64,000 nucleotides of DNA from the human T2T-CHM13v2.0 reference genome, Homo sapiens, in assembly GCA_009914755.4 (NCBI GenBank), contig CP086569.2, forward strand, positions 23,520,001-23,584,000, read 5' to 3'. The notes under the pieces are model-generated. The model was not told where the DNA came from. It searched no databases and worked only from the letters and a program-made list of their open reading frames with translations. The position numbers were made by a program, and so were the translations under genes. Positions 1 to 13,670 of this stretch are shown in pieces (the stretch's first letter is position 1; each line of letters begins with the position of its first letter).

Positions 1-1860
1 AAAGAAAAAACTCAATTTCCTTTTCAATCAGATTATGGGTTGAAAAGTGTCTATAAACGCATGGTGTAATCATAAAGCCTTGTATTCTGTGATTGGGACC
101 ACAGTCTAAAAGTGATATCCAGAAATCCAGAATATAGAAGGCTGAGGAAAAAAACCAGCTGCTACTTCAAAAGGTAATACTTAGTTACATTAAGAAAACT
201 ATGCCTGAAGATGACATTTTCACAGATTTAATATGTGAATTTGGAAAAATTGAACATATAATTCTGAGATGATTGGCTTTTTATTGACATCAAATTACTG
301 TTTTTTAAAAACAATCGTGTACATTTTTAATTCTAATTTTTCTGCACTTAAGAAATATGCATCAGTAATTGTTAGTATATTAGCTCCATTAGCTACAGAA
401 GAAATTCCAAAATAATTGAATAATGCCATCTAGATGTTTCAAACAGAAAATTGGATTAAAAAATGGTTTGATTTTTAATCAATCATTGGAACCAAAATAA
501 AGCTGTTGAAATATTATTGTGTCAGGAAAAAAAACATTGAACAATATGATACTTTTTTTAAAAAAGTTCACTTGAAAAGCTAAACATTGTGGATAACTTT
601 TATTGGTGACAAGAAAAAGCAACTTTGGAAAAGTTTTTGCAAGTAACTTTATTTAAAAATCAATATAAAATTAAAACAAATGCATTTTCCTAAAAAAACT
701 ACAGGTAATTATTAAGAAACAGATTAATACATATAAATATGTTCTAGAATAATTATTCTTCCTCTTATTTGTAATACTTCAATAATAAATACAAAGAAGT
801 TATTTTTCTATTTTGCCTCAAGATATGTAATTGTGAATTTAAATTTCTGAAGGGATTTCATTTTCAGAAGTAATTGGAAGGTAACGATTTCATAGCTCCA
901 TTGATACAGTAAAAAAAAAAAATGCCTGTAAGGAAATAACATAATAAATATTAAATAATTTTGCATATGTTGGTAACCTTTTATTCTAAAAAAAGTTTCC
1001 ATTGGAACAATAAATATTTTAGTCACCCTAATTTTACTAAATATCATTAGATAATCCTGTGATTGATGGAACCAAATTATCATTCCATACATCCTTGACT
1101 ACACTTGATATTATTATTTTAATAGTTGCCAAACAAATGAACAAAAGTTGGAACGTAATGTGGTTTTGATTTATATCCCCAGATTACTAATGAGCTCAAA
1201 CATCTAGCCATTTTTCATTGGTCATATGACTTTCTTCTTTTCTAAAATGTATCTATTTACCTGTCCTGCTTTCTTCTACTGGGCTAGATTGTTTATAGAT
1301 TTTCTTGTGTAGTTATTTTGATTTTTTGGGGCGCTGGTAATTTTATGTATATTTTTCTTAGTGATTTTCTGGAGTTTTATAAACCCCCAAGATAATTTTT
1401 AGAATTTATGATCTGAAGATTTTCAAAAAGCTAACTCAGAAGTCATTTGTGGCCATAATGCTAACTTCTAATGGAAAAAAATAATTTTGCCACTTTAGCA
1501 AAACATACTTTAAAGATACTAATTAGAAAGCACTGAAGTGCTCAATTCTATCTTTTTAATAAAATTTGCATTTAAATAGTCATTTCAACAAAATCTTTTC
1601 CCCTACAATAAGAACCAATTATTAAATGTTGATTACGTATCTCCTGCATGGTTTTCTAAATATTTCACAATTGTCATTTTGGTAACAATCACTTAGCATA
1701 CTTGTTAGAATTGCTGGCTCTCCAGGTCTCATTTCAAATGATTGAACAAGGATTTTGAACCAAATAATGAGAAATATTTGAATATATATTTTATGACCCA
1801 TGTAATTATTTGGGGATATTTGTGAAACTCTGGTCTGACACTTAAGATAAAGTAAAACAT

Positions 1861-1890
1861 CAACAACAACAACAACAACAGCAACAGAAA
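1861..1890. repeat. (CAA)n microsatellite, about 9 units with one CAG interruption
   Basis: The run caacaacaacaacaacaacagcaacag is directly visible in the sequence. Confidence 0.9.
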
Positions 1891-3190
1891 GAAAACACAC
1901 AAAGAACATCAAGTCAGGAGTCAGGAATAAATACCTTATCTTTTCCTCACTCCTGCCTTCTCAAGTCATATGCCCCTGTCTTCTTTCTCATTCTTGATAA
2001 ATACTACTCCATCTATCTAGCACTTCACAGGAGTAATTAACCTGTTAATTTGCAATTTAGCAAAAAGCAAGAAACCTACTTCTGAACATTTTCTTTAGGA
2101 ACATGGTTCTAGCTATACACTGTGTGTCAGGTAATGCTATGGATAGCCATAAAATAGCAGTATTTAACAAAAATATTTGACCACGGTGGCAAAATTATCT
2201 TTTCTAAACGATCCACTGCTACTAAGATTACCTTGATATTTTGGAGACTGTACTGACATTTTGAATTTCACATATTCATGGGAGATTGGAAAGTGTCTTC
2301 AGATATCAGCGTCTATAATGTTAATACTTGTATTAACTTCCACATTTTTCTGTGTTAAAGCAGGTGTGCAGTATTGGATGAACAGGTATGCCACTGAAGC
2401 ATAGCTGTGATTAAAATTTTATACGTTTTCATGAAATTGCACATGACAACATCTCCACAGAAAATTTAGATTTTTGGCTCACCTGGGAGATGTTCAAGAA
2501 AAGGACATTTTATATTCTTAATGATTTCCCAGCTGGTTCTTAAAGCGAGGTAGCACAATACTGTGGAAAGAGGCAGTTCTGTCATCTGACATTAGACTTT
2601 AATATATGCTAAATATTTTGAGGCCCAAATTTCAGATGTATGAAGTGGGGTCTAAAATATCTAGCAACTGTGTGTGTAGTTATAAAGATCATATAATAAT
2701 AATTGACTCTGTTGGCCTGGTACTTTTCTGTAAAACAAAGACATCATTTAACTATTTAACTTTGTTACTTAGTATAGCTTCATTTGGGCATTTTTAAGGA
2801 ATATTTATATTGTGATAAAGAAAACAGTTAATACTGGCAGAGAATGGTACTTACTCCAACATTGACTTTGCAGAGCTCCAGCTGTTCTGTAAAGAAACTG
2901 ACGTGAATTGCAAAGAAAAAAAATAGTGGATGATTGAAGGTTGTTTAGGGGCCAGTCTTTATTTACTAAGACTATGTAATTTTCGGAGAGGACACACAAC
3001 CTGTGAAGTGTTGGGCGTGAAGGATGAAGACTCATCAAGAAGAGGCTGCCTCAAGGATCATCCTCTACATTTCTAGCTTGAAATACAAGGTATATAGTGC
3101 TGTGAATTTCTGAAATAGTGGAATACTGTAGGGGGAAACATGTTTGGAGGATGAAATATAATATAATTAAAATAATCCCTACTAACCAGT

Positions 3191-3302
3191 AGAGATGGGT
3201 TTCACCATGTTGGCCAGGATTGTCTCAATCTCTTGACCTAGTGATCTGCCCAACTCGGCCTCCCAAAGTCCTGGGATTACAGGCGTGAGCCTCCACACTC
3301 AG
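3191..3302 (-). mobile_element. Alu fragment (left monomer only), minus orientation
   Basis: agagatgggtttcaccatgttggccagg...cctcccaaagtcctgggattacaggcgtgagcc is the reverse complement of the Alu 5' half. No poly-T partner is present. Confidence 0.8.
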
Positions 3303-3690
3303 CTAAAATTTTCATTTTTTATTAAAGCCTTTTGAACATTATTAACAGTATTTTTCTGATATTATAAACTATTCTCTAATATTTTCTTCTAGCAATTTGG
3401 CAGCTTTGGTTTTTACATGTATTCTTAAAATCATAGTCCATTTACTCTTGTGCATACTGTGATGAAAAGATTTACTTTTATATGTCTTTAACAAATGTGT
3501 TTAGTCCATTTTGCCTTCAATTTTTTTCTTAGGATATTATTGAATAGTGCATCACTTCAGCATTGCTTAGACTGCAACTTCTGTCATAATAGTGTATTTA
3601 CTTCTGGGTTACTTCTATTTGCAATAGATTTCCATACTACAATATTTAGAAACAGCTGTATGAAAGTGTTCCCTATTAAACAGAGTCCTC

Positions 3691-3985
<295 letters not shown>

Positions 3986-6212
3986 AGTCCTCTTTTCCAT
4001 CTTCCTCTTCAACATCATTGTTCTCCCACACTTACTACAAATTTGCCCAGATGAGTCCCATCCCTTTTCAATTCTGTATTTAGAATCAGCTTGTCAATGT
4101 ACATGAAGCATCTTGCTGTAACTTTTATTATGATTGCCTGAATTTTTGTATTAATATAGAAAGGCACGTCTTATCATGTGAAGATTTTTTAACAATTGCC
4201 TGGCCACCTTTTTATGTATATTTTGGCTTTCATTTATTATGCCCTTCAATAAAATTTAGTACCTCTCTTTGAAAATTGTTGTGTTTTTTTAAATGTTTAT
4301 TTTTATATGGCTCATAATTTTGTTCTCATAAACTCTATCAATTGTAATTAAATTCTAATCATATTGTTTAGAATTTTAGGCACAACTTACCTATATGCTT
4401 AATTACTCGTTGTTAGTGTTATTGTTTATATTGTTATTGCTAGCTTAGGGATATGCTCTTCTTTATTAATTTGTCTACTCACCTTCTTGAATTTTCCCTT
4501 TTGTGTGAATTTCCTTTTTACTGAAACTTAACCTTAAGAAATTATTTCAGCAAACAAATTGTTTGTACTACATCCTTTCAAGTTTTATATATCATGAAGT
4601 ATCTTTATTTCACAATCACATTTTAATGATAGTTTTTTAAAAATATATATATTATTTTAGATCATGGCTTGAAAAACCCCTGCTGCTTTATTTTTAATTG
4701 TTGCTTTTTAGAAACTTCTTGCTAGTGTAAATGCCATTCACATATAGGAAATTTGTCATTATTTCTAGTACCCCTTAAGATAATTTCATTGCGTTTGGTA
4801 TCTGTTTAGGGTGTTTTCTCTTTGTTTGTTTTGGGGGAGAACAATAAATTTCTACTCTCTGAGCAAGTTTTTTAAGTATACAGTACAGTATTGGTAATCG
4901 TAGTCACCATAGGGGAATGTTTGCATCAGCTATCAGTGAAGTTCCAGCTGTCAAGACTTGTTGCGGATAATGAGTTTCCCTCTCCAGATGTCTCAGATCT
5001 ATAATGGTATAGCTTACTTCTCCCAGCATTTAAAAACTTTTATTCAAAAAACAATAGTTGCTGCAAATGTGGAACCTTTGCACTCTGCCTGATGTCTACA
5101 AATATTTATTATCTTGCACTCAATCTGAATGTTCTATATCAGACCTATTATCTAATTTTCACTACCACTGTCATAGCTTGTGACTGAGGATCAGTGCAGG
5201 GACAAGCAGTGGCCCTCCTCGCACTCCCGGCCCAATGTATTACATATAAAGTAAGTGAAAACAGTGTGCTTACTTTGCAGATACTGCTTTAAGACATATC
5301 TCTAAGCATCTTGTCTATATTCACTTAAGTTTAGCCCTCATGGATATCCCAATGACATTGTGCTGACTTATTCTCTACTTCTGTTTAAAAAAAAAAAGTT
5401 TACTTCATTTTTGTTAGTTTTTATTCTGCCTGTATTTATTCTTCATTTTTAAAGAGAAGAACATGACACAAGACTGAAATATTTTATGCAATCTACATAG
5501 AATTAACCCTGTATGTCACTTAGAAAGCCTGTGTGTGTGTAGAACAATTTGAGTTGTGTGTTCCTTTTAATTATTTTGCCACTGTGTCAATAGGTAGAAC
5601 TTGTGTTCTTCTCCATTAGTTAACAAAAATAATGTGTGGGTATGGTTGTGTGACTTTAAAACTCAAAACAAGTTTATTTGATTATAAAACATTCAATTTT
5701 GTGAAATCAGACATAGATTTAAAAAATATCTTTAAATCAATTTAAAGTCATCTAACTTCTTTTAAATTCAATTAAGTACCTCTTTTTGTTTGTTTTTTGA
5801 TGGTCTCATATCTTGCTCCATGTCATTTTCTCAGAGAAAATTAGTAACACAACATCAGCTTTACCAATTCAAAATTTTCAGTGCCTTACCTCCGCTTGAT
5901 CTTAAAGTCTTAGCTGATTTTATTGGTAGACTACACCATCTTTATTTCAACTAAGTTCTCGAAGATTTCAAAACTGAGGGGTTAAATAAATTACTTATCA
6001 CCTATTTCTGTGAACTACTCCTACTCAGGGTGCTGGAGATGATACCATTTCATGGTCTTAAGTTTCAAATCAAAGACAAACTAAATCAGATTGAATTATT
6101 CACTGCTTTTCCTGGGCCACCTGATATTATGGTCCAATCAGGAACATTTTAAAGCCTGTATGTTAGGTCAAAAAAAGCACAAGGCATGGTTCAATTGGAC
6201 TCCTAATTTAAA

Positions 6213-6420
6213 ATGAGGAAAGGAGAAGGGAAGGAAAGAAGGAAGGAAAGAAAGAAGGAGGGAAGGAAGGAAGGAAGGAAGGAAGGAAGGAAGGAAGGAA
6301 GGAAGGAGGAAGAAGAAAGGAAGGAGGAAGGAAGACAGAAGGAAGGAAGGGAGAGAGGAAGGAAGAAGGAAGAAAGGGAGGGAGGAAGGAAGGAAGAAAG
6401 GAAAAAGGAAGGAAGGAAAG
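6213..6420. repeat. Long purine-rich (GGAA)n/(GAAGGA)n microsatellite, about 200 bp, strand-asymmetric
   Basis: ggaaggaaggaaggaaggaagg with interspersed gaaagaagga variants. Three overlapping spurious ORFs (S/F/L-rich and K/E/R-rich) arise from it. Confidence 0.95.
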
Positions 6421-7092
6421 GGGCCAGCAAAAAGCTAAAGATAACTTAGAGCTTGTAATCATCATGAACTCTGTTACTATATTATTTCATTAAATAAGAA
6501 AGCCAAAATTTGTGCTACGCAGGAAGTGTAAATGGAAGTGGATCTCTGTTATCTGTATATTATTTGTAGGTTCTGGCTTCAACTGAACCAGTCAAACCCA
6601 ACTTGCACCGTTTGGCATGACCTGGTCATGCTCCTACAGCTTTTTAAACATGGTTCATTTTTTCTGTTTATGGCTTTATTTCTTCAGTGACTTCCAGATA
6701 GTCTTATTAACTTTCAGTCCCTTATTCACTCTCAGCCTCTCAGTTTATTATTTCTATGTGTTTTTTTTTTTTTTTTTAACTTTGTATTTTAGGAAAGACC
6801 CCAGTGGCACACATCTCCTTTAGTTTTACTCTGGCACTAAAGTTGATGTAGGGCCATCAATCCTCTGTCTTTAGAATTATACATAAACTATGATTTACAC
6901 CCAGTTTGTCATAAAAAATTGTATACATTTTCATTCAACCTCTCTTTCCACTTCGCTAATTCACCTTCTTGTCTTCTGAATGCTTTTCCAATTGGACCTT
7001 GCCAGCCACCTCCCCTTTCTAGGAAGAACTTCCTTTTTTCAACAATGTAAATGAGACTGCTTTTCTAACAGCAGTGATGGCTCTAATTGAAC

Positions 7093-7142
7093 TTCATAAA
7101 TCTTTACAAAATTACAACTCATAAATCTTTACAAAATTACAA
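7093..7142. repeat. Tandem duplication of a roughly 27-bp unit (cataaatctttacaaaattacaa, two copies)
   Basis: acttcataaatctttacaaaattacaactcataaatctttacaaaattacaattgcc. Confidence 0.85.
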
Positions 7143-7807
7143 TTGCCATCAGTGAGGTACCACTGAAACTATTTTTGTCAAAATAAATCTTGGCATTGGA
7201 TGGGCAGAGATGTGGGGATGGACTTTTCCAAAGGAATACCATCACTTTGTTTCAGTGTTTAGAATACACTTTTTTGGCGGGGGGAGGTGGGTAGAAGGGA
7301 ATAACTGTGCCTTCAATGAGTTGGAATAAAACAAACCATCATCATTTCAATCTATAATTATAAGAACTTCAGAACAACCGGTAACCTGAGTTTAAACTAT
7401 AGTATCAGTTCACAAAATTCCGCCTTTTGATAATATAGCGTATTTCCCAAGAGGAACACTCTTTAGTCAGATGGGTCGTGTATTTACAAGTGGCTTTGGA
7501 GACTTGTGATTTTACACCAGCACCTACTGTAACTAGAGTAGAGTTACTGGTTTCCTAGCTTTGTGTCTCTCTATATGTCAACAGGGGGAAAAAGACTTAA
7601 ATAATCAAAACTGATGACTCTAGAGGGAATCCCTCTAATGCCTCGGCTGTTATTAAGGCACCCTGAGGGGAACACTTTAATGGCTCTTGACCATGGCCCT
7701 TCTTTCCTGGCCAATCTGCCCCCTGGATCTTCTGTAAGACCAGTATAGCCTCTGTTAACTTTAACTCAGCAGCAAGGCACCTTTTTCTGGCTCCATAGTG
7801 CCTACTT

Positions 7808-7835
7808 AAAACAAAACAAAACAAAACAAAAACAG
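7808..7835. repeat. (AAAAC)n microsatellite
   Basis: aaaacaaaacaaaacaaaacaaaaac. Confidence 0.9.
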
Positions 7836-9204
7836 AAAATGCATATCTTGAATATTGTCAAATAAGGCCTCAGTTAAAACAGAAGACAGAAATTTCAGAC
7901 CAATTGATACATCATGTTTTAATTCAGCAGAACTGTCTTCTATTTCTTTACAAGAAGTGATCACTTGGTAATGAGAAACCTGGAAAAGTTGTGAAAATTA
8001 ATTTGCTTCTCCAAGAACATTCAATAAATCATCCTTTATAATTTTACTGAAAAGGCAGGAGAGTGATGGTCTGCATATCATCCACTATTCTCTTCACTGC
8101 AATGAGGTTAAAAGATAGCATGAACAATGACGGTTAATACTATACTTACATTTTAACGAAAAAGTTAAGGTTTACAATGCATTTTATTTTACCCAGAAGT
8201 GGGTAGCCATTATTCCAACTGTATTCATTTGGGTGAGTTTGAGGATTAAATTCTTAATGTCTGGAACACAGTGTACAGTCGTATCTTATTCTCCCTGTCT
8301 TGTGGGTAGCTGATCCACAACATTTTGAAGAGTTGTGTCACAGATTCATGGGTATAAATGTGAAATAAGTGAAAACTAGTATGTATCTTGAGTATCCCTT
8401 ATTCTTGCTAGACACAATGTCACGGACGCAGTACCTCTCACAAAGTTTTATGGATCACTTCATCACTAATAATCTATGGCAGAGTTTCAAATTACTATAA
8501 CTCCTAGGAGGATTTCTACTTTGGGATTCCTGGAGCCTAGGTTTCCGTTCTTCCTACAAATTACAGGTTTCATTATTTGATGACAAATCAACTATTTAGT
8601 AGCAATATGTGCTGAATGGTTGTGTAAAGTAAAGCTAATAAGCTTTGTAGGATGGAAAGTATTTAAAAATGATTGTCAAAGGAGTCTATTTTTAACAATG
8701 GAAACAGAAACTAGCAAGTGCATATGTTGAAGGCAGTAACATGCAGAACCTCTTTGTGGTTTCAGAGGAAAAGACGGCAACCCAACCTCAGCATGATAGC
8801 ATGTTTAACTTCAGTAGGATACTGTTTGTATTTTTAGGTACAGTGTGATTTTACGTTGCTGAGTTGGTAATTACAGTTAAGGTAGGTGCAAGAATAATTC
8901 CTGATAAATGAAAATAAATATATATACAAATGATACTACTAGTCAGGTATTTAGGAATTACAAAATTTGTTCTCTATTGTCAGATATTCATTTCCTCCAA
9001 TGAAAACTGTAAAAGAGCACGTTTTTCAAAGCAACTGTAAGTCTGTCTCTGGTAATAGTTGTGTGATTGAAACTCAATGATTCCTTCTCTCCTAGAGGCT
9101 TCTAATGGAGAGAGATCATTATTGAAGCACATATTAAAATATACTCCTGATAGAACATTATTTATGTCAACATGAAGAATAATTTTGGGAGGTGTTTGTA
9201 GTTC

Positions 9205-9510
9205 TTTCTTTTTTCTTTCTTTTTCTTTTTTTCTTTTTTTGAGACAGAGTCTCATGCTGTGTGCCCAGGCTACAGTGTAGTGGCATGATCTCAACTCACT
9301 GCAAGCTGCACCTCCCAGGTTCATGCCATTCTCTGCTCCAGCCTCCTCAGTAGCTGGGACTACAGGTGCCTGCCACCATGCCCGGCTAATTTTTTGTATT
9401 TTTAGTCGAGATGGGGTTTCACCATAGCCAAGATGGCCTCGATCTCCTGACCTCATGATCCACCAGCCTCGGTCTCCCAAAGTGTTGAGATTACAGGCGT
9501 CAGCCACTGT
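9205..9510 (-). mobile_element. Alu element, minus orientation, with 5' poly-T (T/C-rich) tract
   Basis: tttctttttttgagacagagtctcatgctgtgtgcccaggctacagtgtagtggcatgatctcaactcactgcaagctgcacctcccaggttcatgccattctc...cctcggtctcccaaagtgttgagattacaggcgtcagccactg. The 175-aa minus ORF at 8980-9507 is translated Alu. Confidence 0.9.
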
Positions 9511-10151
9511 TGACAGCCGTAGTTATTTCAATGTCCACTGAACAATTTTAACTTAAGGTAACTTCATACTTCTTTGTAACATTAAAGAGTCTTTGGATTC
9601 AACTTTAAATCTTGAAATACAGTGGATTTAACTATTTAGAGTAAGAACAGATATATTTAAGGTAATAATATTGGTTGAAATGTCTAATTTATGACAGAAG
9701 ATATGCTGTCTACACTCATCATTTCGCAGTTACTTTGTGAAAGATCACAAAGCACCACAGGCAAATCCAGCATTCTATCCTTGGGCCCTGATTGTCCTTG
9801 CTGGGCCTTCCTCCAAATCCTGACTGCCTCACTGCCATTCAAGTTTGAGTGGGGCACTGTACGTGGTATAAGCAATGGATGCTGACCTGCAACCGCAAAA
9901 AAAAAATTAATCATATAATTTTATTCACTTTCTTTGTACCACATTATGATACCAACCCCGCTGAGCATAGCTCACTTTCTGCAATCCTCTTGAATGAGGT
10001 CTTTGTTAATAATTTTCCATGGAAACTTACTTGATCTGGGCAATATATTCCTCTCGGAAATTTAGTTGTGTGTATCTATGATGTGTTGATTAATTCTTGG
10101 CTCTTTCACTACAAGCAACTATCCACGAGATCGAAATAAAATTAGCAAAAT

Positions 10152-10450
10152 GTCAGGTGCGATGGCTTCCATCTGTAATCCCAGCACTTTGTGAGGCTAA
10201 GTCGGGTGAATCACTTGAGGTCAGCAGTTCAAGACCAGCCTGGGTTATATGGCAGAACACCCATCTCTACTACAAATAAAAAATTAGCCAGGCATGGTGG
10301 TGAATGCCTTTGGTCCAGCTACTCAGGAGGCTGAGACAGAAGAATCACTTGAACCCAAAGTTGGAGATTGCAGTGAGGCAGGATCACACCACTGCACTCC
10401 TGCCTGGGTGAGGCAGTGAGACTCTGTCTCAAAAATATATATAAAATAAA
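10152..10450 (+). mobile_element. Alu element, plus orientation, A/T-rich tail
   Basis: gtcaggtgcgatggcttccatctgtaatcccagcactttgtgaggctaagtcgggtgaatcacttgaggtcagcagttcaagaccagcctgg...gcagtgaggcaggatcacaccactgcactcctgcctgggtgaggcagtgagactctgtctcaaaaatatatataaaataaaatataaaa. Confidence 0.9.
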
Positions 10451-10914
10451 ATATAAAAGCTCCAGGATATCCTTTTGCCTATGTATCATACATCATCATT
10501 TAAAGAACAGGACAAATATTTATAAAAATGAGACTATACCAACAATAATATTAAATATAAAAGTTTAATTTTGAAGTTCATTATTAAAGGGAGCCTTAAA
10601 AAGGTGCAGAACGGATAAAATTCAAATGTGTATCTTTATTAAAATAGGAAGAAATTTTTGGATCAAAAGATGAATTAATGTCAAAATGTGTCAGATGGAA
10701 TGTCATACATATGATACTGTGTATTAATACTTTGACACATGTGTTTGGCAATTTTGTGACAAAAAGAAAAAACATATCAACTTACCCTGTATTTAACAAA
10801 AAAATCCCTTCATTATATGATATAAACATATTTATATTATATTAAATTAAATATTTAACATTTAAATATTTAATATTTCATGTTTATTTGAATTATAATA
10901 AATTTGCCATGGAG

Positions 10915-10916
<2 letters not shown>

Positions 10917-10959
<43 letters not shown>
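10917..10959. repeat. (GT)n/(TG)n dinucleotide microsatellite, about 21 units
   Basis: A continuous tgtgtg run is directly visible. Confidence 0.95.
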
Positions 10960-10962
<3 letters not shown>

Positions 10963-11810
10963 AGAGAGGAGATTTCTTATTGTAAAATGGATTATGTTAC
11001 AAAATTATTTCAAATTAGTTATTTTCAAAAGGGTATACATTTTCCCATAAAAATAATACCGTAAGAATTGGAAAGATACATAACAATCTTTATAATTTCA
11101 GGATCCAACATTAATAAACTCTGACAAGCAAGACATAATTCACGTTGACTTTAAAATGAATAGGAGGATGGTTAGAAGAGTGGAGCAATGCAGCCAGTGG
11201 AAGTGAGAAAAAAATCTGACAACTGAACACCTCTAAAATCAGGAGTGATGGATAAAGCTTTCTGGGTATGGATTTCTAGTAGAAAGGTAACATGTACAAG
11301 TCACTTGCAATCTAATTGTTCATGGAATAAAAACCACCTAACAGCTTATTATTTAAAATTAATAGTCCTGTTGCTTAGCACATATTCATAATTTCCATGG
11401 CAGAACTGTGTTTCCCGTTCCTTTGCTTCCTGTTAGGGGTTAATGGGATGCCCAGACATGAAAAACAGGGAAGGTCTTGAAATGTGTTTGGCAATTGAAC
11501 TTACCGTCTTGCTTTCCTGCTTTTCTTTACAAGAAGAAAATAACTTAGCTGTAGGTTTAAAGAGAACACATTAGAATCGACTGAGACAAAACCAATTCCA
11601 ACTAAGCTTAGAAGAGTAAAAAATCCCTCTTTTTCTGCAGTTACAAAGGCAAAAATACATGCTTACTATAAAATACCACCAAGTTTTGGTATGGGTAATT
11701 ATGCAACATTATTGAGACACTAAATTGTATACTCTTTACCTAAAAAAATAGTTTTGCCAAACAAGCATTGGTACAGAAAGTGTTAGATTAAGGCCTATAC
11801 AGGAAAATTC

Positions 11811-11941
11811 AAAGTAAGTAATATTAACAAGAACAGTGATGATAACCTCAGTAGCAATAACAATTAAAACAGAAAATTAAAAGTAAGTAATATTAACAAG
11901 AACAGGGATGATAACCTCAATAGCAATAACAATTACAACAG
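11811..11941. repeat. Tandem duplication, roughly 65-bp unit in two copies of about 90% identity
   Basis: aaagtaagtaatattaacaagaacagtgatgataacctcagtagcaataacaattaaaacagaaaatt is followed immediately by aaaagtaagtaatattaacaagaacagggatgataacctcaatagcaataacaattacaacagaag. Confidence 0.85.
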
Positions 11942-12352
11942 AAGTGTCTTACTTACATTATCTCATTTTACATAAAAAAGACAAAATTTACATTGTGAAT
12001 TGGAATGCTTAAAACTTCAGCTTTTTTTATTTTAAAATACTATATTTCCATGTAAATGGGGTCCTGCATTTTTCACTCAAATCAGTGAGACATCTCTTTA
12101 TTGTGGCTGAGCTGCTCTTACCTGTGTATGTGGGAACAAATCTTGTCCTAGTTTTCAGTTTCTTGAATGAAACAGCAGTAATAACAAAAATGAGAGGTCC
12201 TCATCACTGACGCTACGTATGGCTTTTTAAAAAAATCAGTGTTAGTTTCTTTATTTTTTGGTTGGCCTGTCCTTAGCTTTTCAAACAGGCAATATCTGTC
12301 TTTAGAGAACATCTATCCTTGCCTAATCCTTTGCTAGCATATAATATAAAGC

Positions 12353-12480
12353 AGGAGAGAGAGAGAGAGTGAGAGAGAGAAACATACAGAGAGAAGCAAA
12401 TAGAGAAACAGAGAGAGGGAAACCAAGAAACAGAGGGAAACAGAGAGAGAGAAACAGAGAGAGATAAAGAGATAGAGATT
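12353..12480. repeat. GA-rich compound simple repeat, (GA)n plus (GAGAGAAACA)-like units
   Basis: gagagagagagagagtgagagagagaaacatacagagagaagcaaatagagaaacagagagagggaaaccaagaaacagagggaaacagagagagagaaacagagagagataaagagatagag. Confidence 0.9.
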
Positions 12481-12955
12481 CTTCAAAAACAATAAATTAT
12501 GTCTGCATCTGAAAGAAAGTAAAATGTACTGATGAGCTTGAACTAGGGAATGAAAACTTTGGTTCTATATGTTTAATTAGTTTCTAATTTCTCTGTAATC
12601 TCATCATGAGTCTCTAACAGGAAATAATATTGACCATACATTTGGTACAATTAGGTGCTCATATCTTAGATCATTCTCAAGGGGCTCACTAAATTATTTA
12701 CTAAGCCTAATGTATTACCAATGCAGGTTTAACTCCACCTCTAGTGTAACTGTAAAATTCAGTGAGTAAGCAGTGCCCTGTGATCATCATGGGCTTGTTG
12801 TTAGAGATAAGTGAATAGAGTGCCTTGCACAGTGTCTATAAGGAAATACTGTATCACCTTGCCCTGCTCCATTAAAGGAATGAGGGTTTACATCATATTC
12901 CACACAAGGAAAACATTTTTAAATGCTTCATTTTCCCTAAGGTAAACCACAATGA

Positions 12956-12975
12956 CAACAACAACAACAAGAAAA
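12956..12975. repeat. (CAA)n short microsatellite
   Basis: caacaacaacaacaacaag. Confidence 0.8.
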
Positions 12976-13419
12976 ACAGACTCATTCTGTCTGGTTCCAA
13001 AAATTAAATCAAATCTTGAGCTTTTCTGTAAGTTACTGACTCCCTAACAAAAATAATTTTATCTTGGCCTTTGAAATGTTGATATATAAAAATGGGAGAA
13101 TGTCATCTAATTTGACAATAATTCAAAGAAGTTATTAATTGTCCATCATGAACATTACAGCTTTGATAAATTAAATATCTAGTCATTTTTTTTTAATTTT
13201 ACAGCAAGTTCTGTTAAAACCTGTACTCCAATTAATAATTTTCTGCAAATGAATTTATTTTCTTTTCTAAATGACTTAGTCTCTGAGTCTTTGACATTTG
13301 ATTTCCAGTGAGTGCCCATAAACTGTTTTATATTACCGTTGTTATGAACATGGCAGTCATTTTCATAGTTCATAAATATGCATAGATTCAAATATGTACT
13401 ATCTATGATAAACTTTTCT

Positions 13420-13670
13420 TTTTTTATTATACTTTAAGTATTAGGGTACATGTGCACAACGTGCAGGTTAGTTACATATGTATACATGTGCCATGTTGGC
13501 GTGCTGCACCCATTAACTCATCATTTAACATTACGTGTGTCTCCTAATGCTATCCCTCCCCCCTCCCCCCACCCCACAACAGGCCCTGGTGTGTGATGTT
13601 CCGCTTCCTGTTTCCATGTGTTCTCATTGTTCAATTCCCACCTATGAGTGAGAACATGCAGTGTTTGGTA
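13420..13670 (-). mobile_element. LINE-1 3'-terminal fragment (3'UTR/end of ORF2), minus orientation, with poly-T from the L1 A-tail
   Basis: tttttttattatactttaagtattagggtacatgtgcacaacgtgcaggttagttacatatgtatacatgtgccatgttggcgtgctgcaccc...ctatccctcccccctccccccaccccacaacagg...gttctcattgttcaattcccacctatgagtgagaacatgcagtgtttgg is the reverse complement of the canonical primate L1 3' end. The plus-orientation L1 at 34090-34300 carries the same segment. Confidence 0.9.

Noticed and set aside
6203-6465. Three mutually overlapping ORFs (75, 85 and 78 aa) with extreme S/F/L/P or K/E/G/R composition
   Set aside because: All three are translations of the (GGAA)n purine microsatellite in different frames and strands. 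This is low-complexity artefact.
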